NCBI GenBank assembly: GCA_913020435.1
Contig: CAJVZZ010000001.1
Coordinates: forward strand, 108,105-172,104
DNA: 64,000 bases
Reading direction: 5' to 3'
DNA from: an uncultured Flavobacteriales bacterium
Lineage (GTDB): Bacteria; Bacteroidota; Bacteroidia; Flavobacteriales_G; Salibacteraceae
This document shows positions 1 to 9,057 of the stretch, piece after piece (the stretch's first letter is position 1; every line of letters begins with the position of its first letter). Below the pieces are notes generated by a model, which had not been told where the DNA came from, did not search any database, and worked only from the letters and a program-made list of their open reading frames with translations. Made by a program: the position numbers and the translations under genes.

Positions 1-247
1 CTTTATAATCACCTAATCGATATTTTGCCATTGCCCGGAGGAAATAGGCATCAATTAGATAGGGTTTAGATTTTATTGCAAAATTTAGACGCTGAATAGC
101 CAACGTATAGTTTTGGTTTTGCATATCCCCCCTAGCCATAGAGATATACTTTTCGGCATTAAGTTGCCCAAATGATTCAACATTTAGGAACAAAGCAAAG
201 AAAAGAATAAAGCAATATCGCACGCCCAAAATTAATGCTTTAGTCAT
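1..247 (-). CDS. TPR-like repeat protein, N-terminal fragment (gene continues beyond the window start)
   Basis: Own translation of the minus strand from ATG at 245-247 gives MTKALILGVRYCFILFFALFLNVESFGQ (signal-peptide-like). TPR-like helices follow (AIQRLNFAIKSKPYLIDAYFLRAMAKYRLGDY). The frame is open to the window edge, so it is missing from the ORF track. Confidence 0.4.
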   Translation of the reverse strand, partial: MTKALILGVRYCFILFFALFLNVESFGQLNAEKYISMARGDMQNQNYTLAIQRLNFAIKSKPYLIDAYFLRAMAKYRLGDYK

Positions 248-329
248 ATTTATGACTTTACGATTTTATTTTTTACAAAAAAATTATACCTTAGTTTTTG
301 TAAATTGTTTTGCAAAAGGCGCTGGAAGA

Positions 330-1337
330 ATGAAGGAGTATTTGGATGTATTTATCAATGGTTATACTGGTTATGCAGGTTATCTATGGTATGAAATTAC
401 GCACCCAACTTTGCATAATTATTTCTATTGGCTAATAGCCATCTCGGTATTTTTTATGGTCTTAGAATGGGTGAAGCCTTGGAGAAAAGGTCAACCAAAG
501 TTTCGTAAGGATTTTTGGATAGATGCATTTTATATGTTTTTTAATTTCTTTCTGTTCTCTCTGATTGTCTATAATGGAGTTTCAGATGTAATCGTCAAAT
601 TTCTGAATAACGCACTGCAAAGTTTAACGGGATTAAGCTCCTTCACTTTGGATCCATTGAATGGATTTCCATATTGGTCTATTTTACTAATTGGATTTTT
701 TGTCAGAGATTTTGTGCAGTGGAATACGCACAGATTATTGCATGCAACTCCAAGATTATGGGAATTTCACAAGGTGCATCATTCAGTAAAAGAAATGGGT
801 TTTGCAGCACATCTTCGATACCATTGGATGGAAACGATACTATACAGAACCATTGAATACTTGCCTCTCGCTTTATTAGGAATAGGGTTGTATGACTTCT
901 TTATTATTCATTTATTTAGTCTTGCTATTGGACATCATAATCATGCTAATTTTAAAGCAAAAGGAGCCTACAAAGCAGGTGTTTTGGGATTATTAGTTGC
1001 TTTATTTATAGTAGACCAAACTGGGATGGAGCTAATAAACTCTATTGCATGGATATTAGGGATGCCAATTGTTTTTGGATTTGCAGTTGGTCCTTGGATG
1101 AAGTACATCTTCAATAGTCCAGAAATGCACATATGGCATCATGTATCTGCTTTGCCTACAGGTCGAAATAAAGGAATCAATTTTGCTATTTCCTTATCAA
1201 TTTGGGATTATTTGTTTGGTACCGCTGTAATTCCTGAAGACGGCCGTGATATTGAACTAGGATTTCCTGGAATTGAAGAATTTCCAGAGTCATTTACTGG
1301 TCAATTTACTCATGGAGTAGTTTCTAAGAAGAAATAA
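330..1337 (+). CDS. Fatty acid hydroxylase / sterol desaturase superfamily membrane protein
   Basis: ORF 252..1337, with the start moved to the first ATG (330, MKEYLDV). It has three histidine boxes typical of the superfamily (HRLLH, HKVHH, HIWHH) and several hydrophobic segments. Confidence 0.75.
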   Translation: MKEYLDVFINGYTGYAGYLWYEITHPTLHNYFYWLIAISVFFMVLEWVKPWRKGQPKFRKDFWIDAFYMFFNFFLFSLIVYNGVSDVIVKFLNNALQSLTGLSSFTLDPLNGFPYWSILLIGFFVRDFVQWNTHRLLHATPRLWEFHKVHHSVKEMGFAAHLRYHWMETILYRTIEYLPLALLGIGLYDFFIIHLFSLAIGHHNHANFKAKGAYKAGVLGLLVALFIVDQTGMELINSIAWILGMPIVFGFAVGPWMKYIFNSPEMHIWHHVSALPTGRNKGINFAISLSIWDYLFGTAVIPEDGRDIELGFPGIEEFPESFTGQFTHGVVSKKK

Positions 1338-1340
1338 CTT

Positions 1341-1989
1341 TTAGGCATTTATTCTAAACTGCTTTCGATACTTTTTTCCAACATAAATTAAATATGCTGT
1401 ACCCAATACAGTAGGTAACATCCAATTAAATATTACAATTATTGTTATGTTTTGAATAGCAATAAATGCAATAAATGCAGTTAAAGCAGCAATAAATAAA
1501 ATTGTAAATCGGTTGTAATGTTCAAAAAACCAATATATTTTGTGTTTTACCAAAGGATGTTCATTGAGCCCAAAAAACAAGGCTCAAACATCTTTAAAAG
1601 AATTAATTTGGAATAACAAACCGAACACAATAAAAATAATTGAGAAGCTGTTGTTACCCTTATAGTAAAACCAGCCGGCAAAAAATAGAATAGCAAGCGA
1701 ACAGGTAAAGACTGAGATACTAATAATTTTATTTATAACGTTATTCGGCTGGTTTTTAACTGCTGAAAAACGAATTCCCGTTATTGCGTAATACAATCCA
1801 AATAGACTAGAAATGTAATCATAACTCCACCAATTGCAGCACCATTAATTACAAGAATAAACCAAGTCAAAAAGTAGATTTTTCCAATTGACCTGTCGCG
1901 TTTTCCACCTTTCTTAAGTATGTATTGGATAAGTCCAGTCACGAATATTATGTAACCAGTAAAACCATGTAAAGTGAAATTTCAATCAT
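1341..1989 (-). pseudogene. Polytopic membrane protein gene interrupted by an in-frame TGA and at least one frameshift
   Basis: ORFs 1584..1796 and 1341..1580 share one frame and are separated only by TGA (1584-1586) plus one codon. The downstream piece starts at TTG only. A further hydrophobic frame (HGFTGYIIFVTGLIQYILKKGG...VMITFLVYLDCITQ) continues upstream in another frame. An ATG at 1987-1989 lies 8 nt after the J-protein stop. Confidence 0.4.
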
Positions 1990-1997
1990 ATTTAAAT

Positions 1998-2555
1998 TTA
2001 TTGATCTGCGAAAACATTTTTAAAGTCCTTTTTCCATTCTAAAAAGAAGCCATGCGATTTCCACCAGATGAAAATAAAAAAAGACGCAATAAACCAAAGT
2101 AGAGGGTTGAATATGGATGAAATGGTAAAGCCAGAAATTCCGCAAAGTCCAATAAAGGAATAAATAGCATAAACAAAAATTTTGGAGAAGTAGAATAGGA
2201 GTCGATATTTCCAGAAGTTTTCCTTGTCTGTAAAAGCATTGCTTTCAGTACGATATTTTTTATAACGCATTCTAGCATAACGATTTGCATTATCAGCTGG
2301 ATGTCTGGCACCGCGTCTCTTTTTTTTGGCTTTATAGCTTTTTTTTGTGTGAACGTATTTGGTTAGTCGAGGTCGTTTTAGGCGTTCAATAAGCCGCTCA
2401 TAAGCTTGAGTAACTTCAATAAATCGTTCTCTATCGCTAGTTGGTAAGTTCAGGTCCGGATGGTAGGTTTTGGCAAGCTTTCTATAGGCTCTTTTAACTT
2501 CTTCAATTCCAGCATTAGAATCAATGCCTAGTAAACGATAATAGCGGTTATACAA
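1998..2555 (-). CDS. J-domain (DnaJ-like) protein with C-terminal membrane anchor
   Basis: N-terminal J domain with the HPD tripeptide (YYRLLGIDSNAGIEEVKRAYRKLAKTYHPDLN). A basic linker and two C-terminal hydrophobic helices follow. Confidence 0.8.
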   Translation of the reverse strand: MYNRYYRLLGIDSNAGIEEVKRAYRKLAKTYHPDLNLPTSDRERFIEVTQAYERLIERLKRPRLTKYVHTKKSYKAKKKRRGARHPADNANRYARMRYKKYRTESNAFTDKENFWKYRLLFYFSKIFVYAIYSFIGLCGISGFTISSIFNPLLWFIASFFIFIWWKSHGFFLEWKKDFKNVFADQ

Positions 2556-2743
2556 TTAGCTGTGCAGTTGGATTAATTGAATCAAGTTGAATAATTTACA
2601 CTCCATTTTTTTATTTAAAAAATTACAGTTAAAACAGGCGAAATGCAACAGAGAAAGATAATTATGCAGTCTGAAGGTTCCATTTTTTCAATAATTTATT
2701 TGAATTGGATTTTAGAAAGAGAAAAGTAAGCCAATTTTTGGGC

Positions 2744-2773
2744 AAAAAAAAGCGGGGTACTTTAATACCCCGC
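2744..2773 (-). terminator. Rho-independent terminator downstream of the 2799..4832 gene
   Basis: The minus strand reads GCGGGGTA-loop-TACCCCGC followed by a run of 8 T. It begins about 25 nt after the stop codon at 2799-2801. Confidence 0.6.
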
Positions 2774-2798
2774 TTTAAACATTTATGTGTATTTGTAA

Positions 2799-4832
2799 TT
2801 ACTGTTTTACAAATCGCTCTACTGAGCTATTGCCCTTTGCATCCAAAATACTAATGATATACATTCCGTTTTCAAAATTTGAAACTGGAACATTTAAATC
2901 ACTTTCATTAGGATTGATAGAATAAACTACGTTACCAATTATATCCATTATTACTAATTCTGAAATATCTCTAGGACCAGAAATATTTACAAAATCGTTA
3001 GAAGGGTTAGGATAAACCTTAAAGTTATTTGCATTAAAGTTATCGTCAATTCCTTCAGGAAAACAAGTTTCGCAAGATTCCCAGCAAACTGCAGGAAGTG
3101 TTGTGTCTCCAGCAAGACTTAGAATTCTGTTGATATTAGTCCCTGTTTGTTTGATACAACTTAGAGTTGAATCTAAGGTTTCCTGACCAGTCCAAGCGTC
3201 ATGTGCAAATTTATATTCAGTTTCTGATCCTGTAATAATAACAGTAAGTTCCCAAATATTGTCACCATCAACATCTGTCATGGCGCCACAAGAGCCACAC
3301 CAACCATTAAAGAGTCCGTTCACTTCTGGAGTTGTAAAAGATCCAGTAAACGTGTTCATGTCAACTTGGAAAGTTACACTAGATGTGTCTGGAGGTGTTA
3401 CAATAGAACCACCAGTACTCAAGTAAACATCATCCACATAATAAGTTTTTGCTGCAGCAGGATTGTTTTGGAAATCATAAAAAATAGTAACCTGATTGTA
3501 GGTTTTAGCGAAGTTTATAGTTGCTGTTCCTGCAGCTTGATTTGCAAAATCAAACGTCAATGTATCCCAACCATTAGCAATACTTGTAGTTGCCTCAGTT
3601 TCAACTGAAATTTGGGAGCTATCAGCATCTTCTACCTTAAGTCTTACTTTTATTCCAGCATCTGGAGAATACACGACAGCTTTAATGATAGTTGTTCCTG
3701 CCGCAAAAGGAATTGAATCAGCTAATCCTAAAGGAGTACTTAAAGTAGTTCCTTGCCAAGGCTGACCTGTTGGGCTTTTATCTGTTTTTATAACCAGGTT
3801 ACTTGCATTCATAGGGTCAGCGACTAACATTGAGCTAGTACCATTAAAATCGGTAACAGTATAATCTACATTAGCTGTATCATCCCAATTAATAGGAAGT
3901 TTTATTTGATCTTTAGTTACAGGAGGAGTGCTTCCACAACTGGCACAAGATTCCCAGCACACTGCTGATAAAATAGTATCACTTGAAACTGAAAGAATAC
4001 GATTAGTGTTGGCTCCTGTTGTGATTACACATGGCATTCCTGACATTAGTGATTCTTGAATAGTCCAACTATCAGCAGCGTATTTAAATTCATAATTTCC
4101 AGCAGCTAATTGTACTGTGACATCCCAAATTCCATCGTTATTAGCGTCAGTCATTGAGTTACAGTTTCCACACCATCCATTGAAAGTTCCATTTACCTCT
4201 GGAGTTGTGTAAGATGCCGTAACATCTTTCATATCAACTTGGAAAGTAACGTTATAGCTTGATGAAGCGGCAGGTTCAAAAAACACATTACCTAGGTAAT
4301 AAGTTTTGGCAGCTGCTGGGTTATTCATGAAATCATAGAAGATAGTGACTTTATCATAAATCTTTGCAAAGTTTAAAGCAGCTTTACCACTAGCTTGATT
4401 CGCAAAATTAAATTTTAGAGTGTCCCAACCCTTAACGGTAGTCATAGCTTCAGTTTCAGTTGAAATAGTTGCAGTATCCGAATTTTCTACTTTCAGTCTT
4501 ACCATTATTCCAGAATCTGGTGAATAAATTACAGCTTTAATAATTGTAGCACCGGCAGCAAATGGAATTAAGCTGTCTAGGCCAGTTGAAGTACTTAAAG
4601 TAGTCCCCTGCCATGGCTGTCCCGTTGGGCTTTTAGTTGTTTTTAAGACAAGGTTGGAAGCGTTCATTGGATCTGCCGATAGTGTTGAACTAGTACCATC
4701 AAAATCAGTTACTGTATAATCTACGTTAGCAGTATCGTTCCAAGTAATAGGAAGATTGATTTTACTTTTTTGCGCATTAGCAAAAGGTGCTATTAGCGCA
4801 GTGATTAAAATAATAAGTGCAATTTTTTTCAT
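2799..4832 (-). CDS. T9SS-exported protein with two tandem copies of a beta-sandwich plus CBM-like module (putative beta-glucan binding protein of the PUL)
   Basis: ORF 2799..4886, start moved to MKKIALIILITALIAPFANAQ (ATG 4830-4832, signal peptide). It holds two modules of about 285 aa each that align by eye. Each ends in a starch/glycan-binding-like segment (TFQVDM...TPEVNG.FNGWCG.C..MTD...W...YEFKY). The C-terminus is a T9SS sorting domain (KVYPNPSNDFVNISG...ISILDAKGNSSVERFVKQ). Confidence 0.6.
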   Translation of the reverse strand: MKKIALIILITALIAPFANAQKSKINLPITWNDTANVDYTVTDFDGTSSTLSADPMNASNLVLKTTKSPTGQPWQGTTLSTSTGLDSLIPFAAGATIIKAVIYSPDSGIMVRLKVENSDTATISTETEAMTTVKGWDTLKFNFANQASGKAALNFAKIYDKVTIFYDFMNNPAAAKTYYLGNVFFEPAASSSYNVTFQVDMKDVTASYTTPEVNGTFNGWCGNCNSMTDANNDGIWDVTVQLAAGNYEFKYAADSWTIQESLMSGMPCVITTGANTNRILSVSSDTILSAVCWESCASCGSTPPVTKDQIKLPINWDDTANVDYTVTDFNGTSSMLVADPMNASNLVIKTDKSPTGQPWQGTTLSTPLGLADSIPFAAGTTIIKAVVYSPDAGIKVRLKVEDADSSQISVETEATTSIANGWDTLTFDFANQAAGTATINFAKTYNQVTIFYDFQNNPAAAKTYYVDDVYLSTGGSIVTPPDTSSVTFQVDMNTFTGSFTTPEVNGLFNGWCGSCGAMTDVDGDNIWELTVIITGSETEYKFAHDAWTGQETLDSTLSCIKQTGTNINRILSLAGDTTLPAVCWESCETCFPEGIDDNFNANNFKVYPNPSNDFVNISGPRDISELVIMDIIGNVVYSINPNESDLNVPVSNFENGMYIISILDAKGNSSVERFVKQ

Positions 4833-4987
4833 ATCTATTTTTAGTTTAACATAATGTTGGGATAAAGATATAGTAATTTTTACCACAAGGTAATTTTACC
4901 TAAATTTTTTATTTGGAAAAACAGATTATTAATTAAGGTGATAATCAATAATACGAAAGGCGTTAAAAAAACTTCAGTTAAACTCTG

Positions 4988-6154
4988 CTATTTTTGAAAT
5001 ACTCTGACATAGTCAACATGCAGGTATTGAGGGAATGTAGTATTTGGATTTGGACTACCAGGCCATTTACCGCCTACAGCAACATTAAATATAAAAAAAT
5101 ATTTTTCCCGAAACTCATCAAATTGGCTGTCTTTGGTATCAATAGCATGAAACGACTGGTCATCTATATACCAAGTAATTCCGTTCATGTCCCATATTAT
5201 ACTAAAAACGTGAAAGTTATCGTACAATACGCCATTTGAAATTTTCTTATTACTACTGAATTCTGCATGGGTATTACTTGCATCAGCCCAATGCACGGTT
5301 CCATGAGTAACATTGTCACCTCTAACTGCAGTACTTTCGCCGCCAACCATTTCCATTATATCTATCTCACCACATTGTGGCCAACCAGTTGTAGGGAAAT
5401 TGTTACCGAGCAACCAGAGTGCTGGCCATATTCCTTGACCATATGGTGCAGCTGCACGAATATCAATTCTGCCGTATTTAAAACTTTGAAGTCCTTGAGA
5501 TGAAATTCGAGAAGAAGTGTAAGAGCTTGAATTAAAAATTTGCTTTTCAGCTGTTATGGTTAATACACCATTTTCGACTTTAGTATTTTCTTCTTTGTAA
5601 TACTGAAGTTCAGAATTTCCCCAACCATTATTTCCAGTTCCAATTTCATGTTTCCAATTGGTACCTAAAAGTGTTGTGCCTTCAAATTCGTCTTGCCAAA
5701 CCAATGTGTAGTTTGGATAAGAGAGTGGAGTAGAGTAACCAGCAGTAGGTGATTCGCCAATAACACGAGGTGGCACATTTGAAACGATAGCCACGTTTTC
5801 TATTTTTTCAATGTATTGATTATCCAAAACATGAGCACGAATAATGATAGAATATGAGCCCGCAGATTTGAATGTATAAGACGCTTCACCATTATTTGAT
5901 TGATCAATAATTTCATTGTCGTTTTCTGTGAACCTAATGGTATAGAAATTAGCGTTATTAGCATTAGCCTTTACACTAACAAAACCGAAGTTTGATGTAT
6001 CCTGAGTTACTGAAACAACTAGATTACTCGGTAAAGTTACAGCCTGATTTTCATCAGGCTCATCCTTTTTACAAGCATTAATCATTAGCGCTGTGCACAG
6101 AACTATAGCTACGAATTTTACATATTTATTGAAGCGTGGAATTTCTTTTTTCAT
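4988..6154 (-). CDS. GH16 family beta-1,3(4)-glucanase (laminarinase-type) lipoprotein
   Basis: GH16 ExDxxE catalytic motif GEIDIMEMVG plus WPALWLLG, a lipoprotein-type signal (ALMINACKKD) and an N-terminal Ig-like module. Confidence 0.85.
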   Translation of the reverse strand: MKKEIPRFNKYVKFVAIVLCTALMINACKKDEPDENQAVTLPSNLVVSVTQDTSNFGFVSVKANANNANFYTIRFTENDNEIIDQSNNGEASYTFKSAGSYSIIIRAHVLDNQYIEKIENVAIVSNVPPRVIGESPTAGYSTPLSYPNYTLVWQDEFEGTTLLGTNWKHEIGTGNNGWGNSELQYYKEENTKVENGVLTITAEKQIFNSSSYTSSRISSQGLQSFKYGRIDIRAAAPYGQGIWPALWLLGNNFPTTGWPQCGEIDIMEMVGGESTAVRGDNVTHGTVHWADASNTHAEFSSNKKISNGVLYDNFHVFSIIWDMNGITWYIDDQSFHAIDTKDSQFDEFREKYFFIFNVAVGGKWPGSPNPNTTFPQYLHVDYVRVFQK

Positions 6155-6196
6155 AAGAGGTAGATTAAATTCTATACAAATTAAGAAAAATCAACG

Positions 6197-7564
6197 CTAC
6201 TTTTGTTCAATATCGTCTATGTAGAATGTTCCAGCATTAGAGTCATTCCACGCAGGAATTAGAGTTATCCTATCATATAACCCTGGCGAAGTAGAAGAAA
6301 AATCTGCAGAAATTTCTACCCATTCATTGGCTTTAGTGATTGGAACAATCATTTCTTTAATAATTGTATTTTTACTTGCCTTGTCTTCCAATTTAATCAT
6401 AAAATCGCCAGTTTTTGGCGCATAAACTTTCAGTGAAATCGACTTTTTAGTAGTAAAGTCTAATTTGCCTTTGTGATTGATAAATAGTCCTGCCCATGTT
6501 TCAATCCCCTTTTTTGTTTCTAATACAAAATTACTACTATCAATTCCTGATTTAAAAGGATTAGTAATAATTGAATCAGTACTTTCTCCGAAAGGGGTTA
6601 CTATAGGTTTAATGATTTCAAAATCTATAGGAAGAGCAAAGGTGTTTGTATCTGCTGGCTCAACAGGTCCGCTACCATCACCTGTATCGACTATTCCGGC
6701 ATATCCTAAAGGAACTAAACGGAGATACCATAACAACGTAGCATTTGCATCAACATATACAAGTGAAAGTTCGTTCTCTGATAATTTTAAAATTTGATAG
6801 GTTCTTGTTCCTGCATAAAAACCAATAAAACTTTTACCAGTTGTACTCAAATATTTTATACCGTCTTCTTCAACGATATTCCAGTTTTCATTCAACTGAT
6901 CTTCTAGAGGTGCATTATAGTTATCTGCAGGTGACGGGTAAGAGCCTGGATAATCTCCAACAGCGAGATCATCGATAAATACGACTCCTTTGGTTGTCAT
7001 ATCAAAGCTAAAGCCTTCTAAGTAAAAGGTGTATCTGTCATTATACATATCAACTTCTCTTTGTTCAAACGCTTTAGCGAAATAATATTCTGGTACAAGA
7101 CCCGCTGCACTGGCTGGGTTTGGTCCAACACCAAAATGACCGTCCCGCGATGAATCTATAACCCATGTTTTAAAACCTAACCCAGAGATACCTCCAGTAA
7201 GGTTAACAATATCGGGGCTACCAAGAAGGGTCAAATCATCCTCTGCAATAGTGATTTCCTTATTCATAGTAACACTTCCGCCTTTTGTAAAAACAGTAAT
7301 TTTCACCAAATAGGATCCTTTTAGGGGATAAATTGCTCTAGCAGTTTTTCCTTTAGCTGCAGTTCCGTTTCCAAAATCCCATACGATAATAGATCCTGAT
7401 TTTGCCGCTGTAAATTGAATAATATTAGGGCTTTCCGCAGAAGGAGCATAAGTGAATTCTGCATCTTCAAATGCGGGAGCAACTCCTAATTCTGCCTTTT
7501 TTTTCTTACAGCTTACAGAAAATAATCCAATAAGTACAGCGATAGCTAAAACTTGAATTCTCAT
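6197..7564 (-). CDS. PKD-domain surface lipoprotein (candidate surface glycan-binding protein)
   Basis: Lipobox (LFSVSCKKK), a PKD-like segment (IVWDFGNGTAAKGKTARAIYPLKGSYLVKITVFTKGG) and a C-terminal beta-sandwich-like region. It sits directly downstream of susD, the usual SGBP slot. Confidence 0.6.
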   Translation of the reverse strand: MRIQVLAIAVLIGLFSVSCKKKKAELGVAPAFEDAEFTYAPSAESPNIIQFTAAKSGSIIVWDFGNGTAAKGKTARAIYPLKGSYLVKITVFTKGGSVTMNKEITIAEDDLTLLGSPDIVNLTGGISGLGFKTWVIDSSRDGHFGVGPNPASAAGLVPEYYFAKAFEQREVDMYNDRYTFYLEGFSFDMTTKGVVFIDDLAVGDYPGSYPSPADNYNAPLEDQLNENWNIVEEDGIKYLSTTGKSFIGFYAGTRTYQILKLSENELSLVYVDANATLLWYLRLVPLGYAGIVDTGDGSGPVEPADTNTFALPIDFEIIKPIVTPFGESTDSIITNPFKSGIDSSNFVLETKKGIETWAGLFINHKGKLDFTTKKSISLKVYAPKTGDFMIKLEDKASKNTIIKEMIVPITKANEWVEISADFSSTSPGLYDRITLIPAWNDSNAGTFYIDDIEQK

Positions 7565-7582
7565 AATAATTTTATCTTTTAA

Positions 7583-9052
7583 TTAATACCCAGAGTTTTG
7601 ACTCCACTTGCTTCCCGAAAGCACAATTTCTACTTGTGGGATTGGAAATAAGTTATGTTTTCCATCAATGAAACCTTCGATTTTATTCGCTGCCTCACCA
7701 GTCCTTACCAAGTCGAAAAATCGAAAACCTTCACCGCAGAGTTCAAGTCTTCTTTCATTATAAATGTCTTTAGTTAACTGTTCTCCTGAACTTGATAAAG
7801 CAGGAATTCCAGCTCTAATTCTCACTTCGTTAACATATTGCATTGCTTTGCCTGCACTTCCAATCTCACTATGAGCTTCAGCAGCCATTAATAAAACGTC
7901 AGCGTATCTTATAACACGATAGTTTACTGGACTCGTTAAGTCATTGTCTGGCAAACCAAATTCACCAATTCTTTTAATATATTTATTGTTATAATATCCT
8001 GTATGTCCACCTCCGCCTATTGCATAGGTAATTTCGGAGTTTGATTGTGCCGCAATAAAAGCGTCAATATCAAGTACGCTCGCATCCCTTCTTACATTAT
8101 CATTTGGACCAAATGCACCATATAAATCCTTAGTAGGTAGGTTGTAACTATTTCCATCGCCATATACAGGGCCAGAATATTGTCTTATACCTTGAAATCC
8201 TGGCGCAGCATTACCTTCTAAACAGATCAAACAACTATAGCTTCCACCTTCTAAACCCGAATATTGAACGTCAAAAACAGTTTCAGAGTTTCCTTCTGAA
8301 TTTTCAGCAAAAAGAGTACTGTAGTCCGCTGCTAATTCATATTGACCAGAGTTAATTACTTGATCTAAAACGTCAGCGCATTCAGCGAATTTACTCTGGT
8401 ATAAGTAAACTCTACCTAGAAGTGACTTTGCCGCTCCAGCCGTTGCTTTACCCTTTATAACTGCGATAGCAGGTAAAAGAGCTGAAGCATAAATAAGGTC
8501 CTTTTCAATTTGTTCATATACTAGAGCTTTAGGAGTTCTTTCCTTTTCTTTTAGTTCATCGATTCCAATTCGTTCATCAACTAATAGAGGAATATCGCCG
8601 AAGTATTTAACCAATTGAAAATAATAGTAAGCTCTTAGAAACCTAACCTCGGCAAGTAATTGTTTCTTACCAGTAAAAGAAATATTGTCCTTGTTTTGCA
8701 TTATGTAATTCGTTCTTGTAATTCCGGCATAATTCCACCTAAGAACGTTTCTTAGTTCAATATTTACACCGCCATGACTCATAGTTTCAATATCATGAAG
8801 GCCTTTTGAATCGACTACACTTTCACCACCAGCAATAGAGTTGTCTGAGGCGATTTCTCCAATCCAAAGATTCATAAATGAGCCTTGTAGAAGATCATAT
8901 GCTCCAACAAGGGCAGTGCGATAATGTTCCTCTTCAGTAAAGAAGTTTTCAGCATCTTGACTATAAAGTGGGTCTGTATCTAAATATTTCTTGCATCCTA
9001 CCGATACGATAGAGACTAAAATTACCAACGATAAAATCTTTAGTGTTTTCAT
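7583..9052 (-). CDS. susD: SusD/RagB family outer-membrane glycan-binding lipoprotein
   Basis: Lipobox (VSVGCKKYLDTDP) and typical SusD-like helical sequence. It lies 5 nt downstream of the SusC-like gene. Confidence 0.85.
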   Translation of the reverse strand: MKTLKILSLVILVSIVSVGCKKYLDTDPLYSQDAENFFTEEEHYRTALVGAYDLLQGSFMNLWIGEIASDNSIAGGESVVDSKGLHDIETMSHGGVNIELRNVLRWNYAGITRTNYIMQNKDNISFTGKKQLLAEVRFLRAYYYFQLVKYFGDIPLLVDERIGIDELKEKERTPKALVYEQIEKDLIYASALLPAIAVIKGKATAGAAKSLLGRVYLYQSKFAECADVLDQVINSGQYELAADYSTLFAENSEGNSETVFDVQYSGLEGGSYSCLICLEGNAAPGFQGIRQYSGPVYGDGNSYNLPTKDLYGAFGPNDNVRRDASVLDIDAFIAAQSNSEITYAIGGGGHTGYYNNKYIKRIGEFGLPDNDLTSPVNYRVIRYADVLLMAAEAHSEIGSAGKAMQYVNEVRIRAGIPALSSSGEQLTKDIYNERRLELCGEGFRFFDLVRTGEAANKIEGFIDGKHNLFPIPQVEIVLSGSKWSQNSGY

Positions 9053-9057
9053 TTCTA

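Noticed and set aside
1584-1586. Whether the in-frame TGA between the two small membrane ORFs is a selenocysteine or programmed read-through codon.
   Set aside because: The context is a hydrophobic membrane protein with no redox motif, and I see no obvious SECIS-like hairpin immediately downstream. The same gene also has a frameshift upstream, and TGA is used as an ordinary stop elsewhere (for example pgm). Pseudogene or sequencing error is the simpler reading.
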